Assembly: GCF_006345805.1 (NCBI RefSeq)
Contig: NC_043022.1
Span: 20,150,001 to 20,214,000, forward strand
Reading direction: 5' to 3'
Source: Octopus sinensis
Taxonomy: Eukaryota
Length of the DNA stretch: 64,000 nt
The notes beneath the pieces were generated by a model. It had not been told where the DNA came from, did no database searches, and saw only the letters and a list, made by a program, of their open reading frames with translations. Shown here piece after piece: positions 61,136 through 64,000 of the stretch. The stretch's first letter is position 1, and every line of letters starts with the position of its first letter. The position numbers and the translations under genes are program-made.

Positions 61136-62764
61136 TTATGTAAGATTTGACTCTTGTTTCTAACAAGTTTATCAAAGGGACTATTTGTAGGGCTAGCTCA
61201 CATGGCAGCTCACCTCATGCTTGTATGGCAGCTCACCTCAGGAAAGCAGGAATGTAAAATGTTTGACCTCTTTTAAATAGATTGCTCTCTTCTGGGTGGC
61301 CGTAACTTATTCATCTTGTGTATGTGCAGGTATATGTATGTAAATCTGACTGTATATAAATGTGAAGTCTTTATGCATATGAGACACTAAGTCAGTGTTT
61401 GTTATGTATAATAACATTATTTATATGTGTGTGATTCAGTTACTTGTTTGTGTGAGTCTGTATGGTGTATATAACTGTTAGTATGTGAAAATGTGTGTAT
61501 ATATAAATTTATTTTTGTGTTTGTAATTAAGTCTATTTAAGTGTATGTGTAAGTATAAGACTAAGTCAGTGTGTATGGTTAATATATTGTGTATGTATAT
61601 AACTATATGTGACTATTTTTATAAATTGATCCATATGTTTCTAATTAAGTTTGTATGGTGTGTATAAGTATAAAACTCTGTGTGTAAGTCTGTAAGTCTA
61701 TGCGTATAATTGTGATGTATGTGTGTATGTGTATATAAAATCTATTTGCATGTGTCTATATCTGTGTATATATATATATATAAACTTATATAAATTTGTT
61801 TATGTGTTTCTAATTAAGTTAGTTTATGTGTATGCAAAAGTGTGTATATAAAACTATGTATGTGTATAAGACCAAATTTTTGTGTGTATAAATCCATTTG
61901 TATGTATGTAATGTCTCAATCTGTTTAGTGTGTGTATATAAATTTGTATTTGTGTATTTAAATGTTTGTTTTGGTTATGTAACTATATGTGTATAAATCT
62001 ATACATGTATATATGGACCTGCATGTAGGCTCCTTCTAAGTGTGTGTGTGTACGTTTGTGCAATTTAGGCTGGGATGGTGGTGGTGGTGATGAGGGGTGT
62101 GTGTGTGTGTATGTGTATGAGAATTAACGAGTAAATAATAATTTTTTTCGCAGGGTGGTGGTGACGTAAGGGTATGTGAGAAAAATGGTATGTGAGAAAA
62201 ATCTCATTCATTGTTTTACTGGTTAGAGAGAGAGAGAAAGGGAGAGGAGGAGAGCGAGAAAGGGAGAGGAAGTGAGAGAGAGAGGTGGTATTGGTGGTGG
62301 TGGAAGGAGATGATGAGATAATCTTTTTTAAATAATTTTACATATGTTTTGTATCTGATGTATTTTGCATCTCCCTCCCCCCCACCGTCTTTCACACGTT
62401 CAACAGTTGTGGAAGCTCTACTACATACACAACAGCAACACACACACACCACACACACACATGCTCAGACATGCATATACACTTACACACACATGCACAC
62501 ACTCCTCATTCACACAAATCCATACACACACACATACACATTCTAAAACTCATCTTTCCTCTTATGATTATGTATGATCGTAACATATCATCGTCATCAT
62601 CATTTTTACATTGAGCATGTGTATATTTGCATACAGATTTGCATTATATACATATATACACACACACACACACAAAGGTGAGTACATTAGTGCAAAAAGG
62701 TGGGAAAAAATAGTACCTGAATACCAAAGGTAGAATAATATGCTTTTATTAAAGCTGCAAAATT

Positions 62765-62785
62765 ATATCCCTCCTCCTCCTCATT

Positions 62786-62818
<33 letters not shown>

Positions 62819-63060
62819 TCCTCCTCCTCTTCCACCACCACTTCCTCCTCCTCACCACTTTGTCCTCCTCCTCCTCCACCACTTCGTCCACCTCCTCCTC
62901 CTCCTCCTCCACCACTTCATCCTCCTCATCTCTTCCTCCTCTTCTTCATCTCCTCTTCAACTTCTCTTCAACTACTTTTCATCTCCTCCTCCCGCTCATC
63001 TTTTACTCCTCCCCTCTGCTGCTCCTCCTCCTCCTCCTTTTTACTTCCTCCTCCTTCACC
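62765..63060. repeat. (TCC)n/(CAT)n trinucleotide tract
   Basis: Direct inspection. Confidence 0.88.
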
Positions 63061-63283
63061 CCAAATTGATATTCACCATTGTTCATACTCCAGCCAGTAT
63101 TTGCCATCTACTGTATCACCTACAACTCCCCACTTCTAATCATCTGCCGCTCACCTCACATTTTTTTCAAATTTACCTGGCTACTTTGATCTTGCCCCTT
63201 TGTCCTTACCTCCTTCATCCATTCCTTTGTCCCTATACTTCCCTTCTTTTGTGCCTACTCCTTTCACATTCACCCACTTATAC

Positions 63284-63426
63284 CTTGAGAGCACATGATA
63301 TATCAACTGCTGAAGCCCCTTTGATGGGGTCAGCTGAGACCACCAGGCAGACTGATAAACCTTTTTTAGATATTTCTTTGCCATGAGGAAGAGGAAAGAC
63401 ATAATGACATATGCAGGGCCCTTCAT
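63284..63426 (-). CDS. Candidate isolated coding exon of an unidentified host gene
   Basis: cttttctaaattag|AT...AAG|gtataa; 143 nt open frame (x)DEGPCICHYVFPLPHGKEISKKGLSVCLVVSADPIKGASAVDISCALK in non-repeat sequence; no family recognised. Confidence 0.35.
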
Positions 63427-63729
63427 CTAATTTAGAAAAGTATGGTGGCGACCCCCTGTTGTACTCTTTCGTCCCAACTTTCTCTCACTCTCTCTTCCTG
63501 TTTCTTGAGTAACGCTGCAATGGACTGGCGTCCTGTCCAGCTGGGGGGAACACATACGCCACAGAAGCCGGGAAATCGGGTCCATGAGCCTGGCTAGGCT
63601 TGAAAAGGGCAACGTTTATAAACATTATAAACCTCCCGTAGTTTTATAACTGGACATATTTCATCTGCTGTTATGTTCTGAGTTCAAATTCCACCAAGGT
63701 CTACCTTGCCTTTCATCCTTTTTCATTAA

Positions 63730-64000
63730 GCATCATCATCATTTAACATTCACTTTTTGAATGATCAGAGAATACATCATCATCATCATCATCATCATCA
63801 TCATTTAACACCCTCCTTCCCTGCTAGCATGGGTTGGATGGTTTGACAGGAGCTGACCAGGCAAGAAGCCTGCACCATACTTCTGTGTCTGTTTTGACAT
63901 GGTTTTTTTTATGGCTGGATGACCTTCCTGGCACCAACCACTCTGCAGAATGGGCTGAGTGCTTTTTATGTGGCACCAGCACAGGCAAGATCAGTTTTGG
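63730..64000 (-). mobile_element. RTE-LINE 3' end
   Basis: (cat)n tail plus ctagcatgggttggatgg motif. Confidence 0.75.

Noticed and set aside
60790-61310. Protein-like short frames (GDHSIGAELKGDLHAL... on plus; YGHPEESNLFKRGQTFY... on minus)
   Set aside because: Splice signals weak or inconsistent; no recognisable family
61330-62050. AT/TG-rich region with recurring tataaat/gtgtatg words
   Set aside because: Looks like decayed simple repeat; no definable unit or structure

Overview
AT-rich, repeat-saturated animal genomic DNA, most likely octopus. That assignment is inferred from the tRNA-derived SINE families and the very dense TA/CA/GATA microsatellites, recalled from memory and not database-checked. 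No host protein-coding gene can be named with confidence; a few isolated candidate exons are flagged at low confidence. Almost all ORFs in the supplied track are translations of microsatellites, SINEs or minisatellites. The main feature is a ~5.2 kb zero-spacer palindrome (18261-23432, axis 20848/20849) made of two head-to-head, 5'-truncated copies of a Penelope-like retroelement (YRDD reverse transcriptase plus C-terminal GIY-YIG endonuclease). Each arm carries a type I hammerhead-ribozyme motif near its outer end. At least five other short families carry hammerhead-like motifs, usually next to (TA)n tracts, and some form small fold-backs. Also present: decayed maT (DD37D) and mariner transposons, RTE-LINE 3' ends with expanding VNTRs, RLE-type LINE fragments, hAT/piggyBac/Helitron-like non-autonomous elements (some nested), dozens of SINEs, and two U2 snRNA-derived copies. 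Boundaries of degenerate repeats are approximate (about 10-20 bp).
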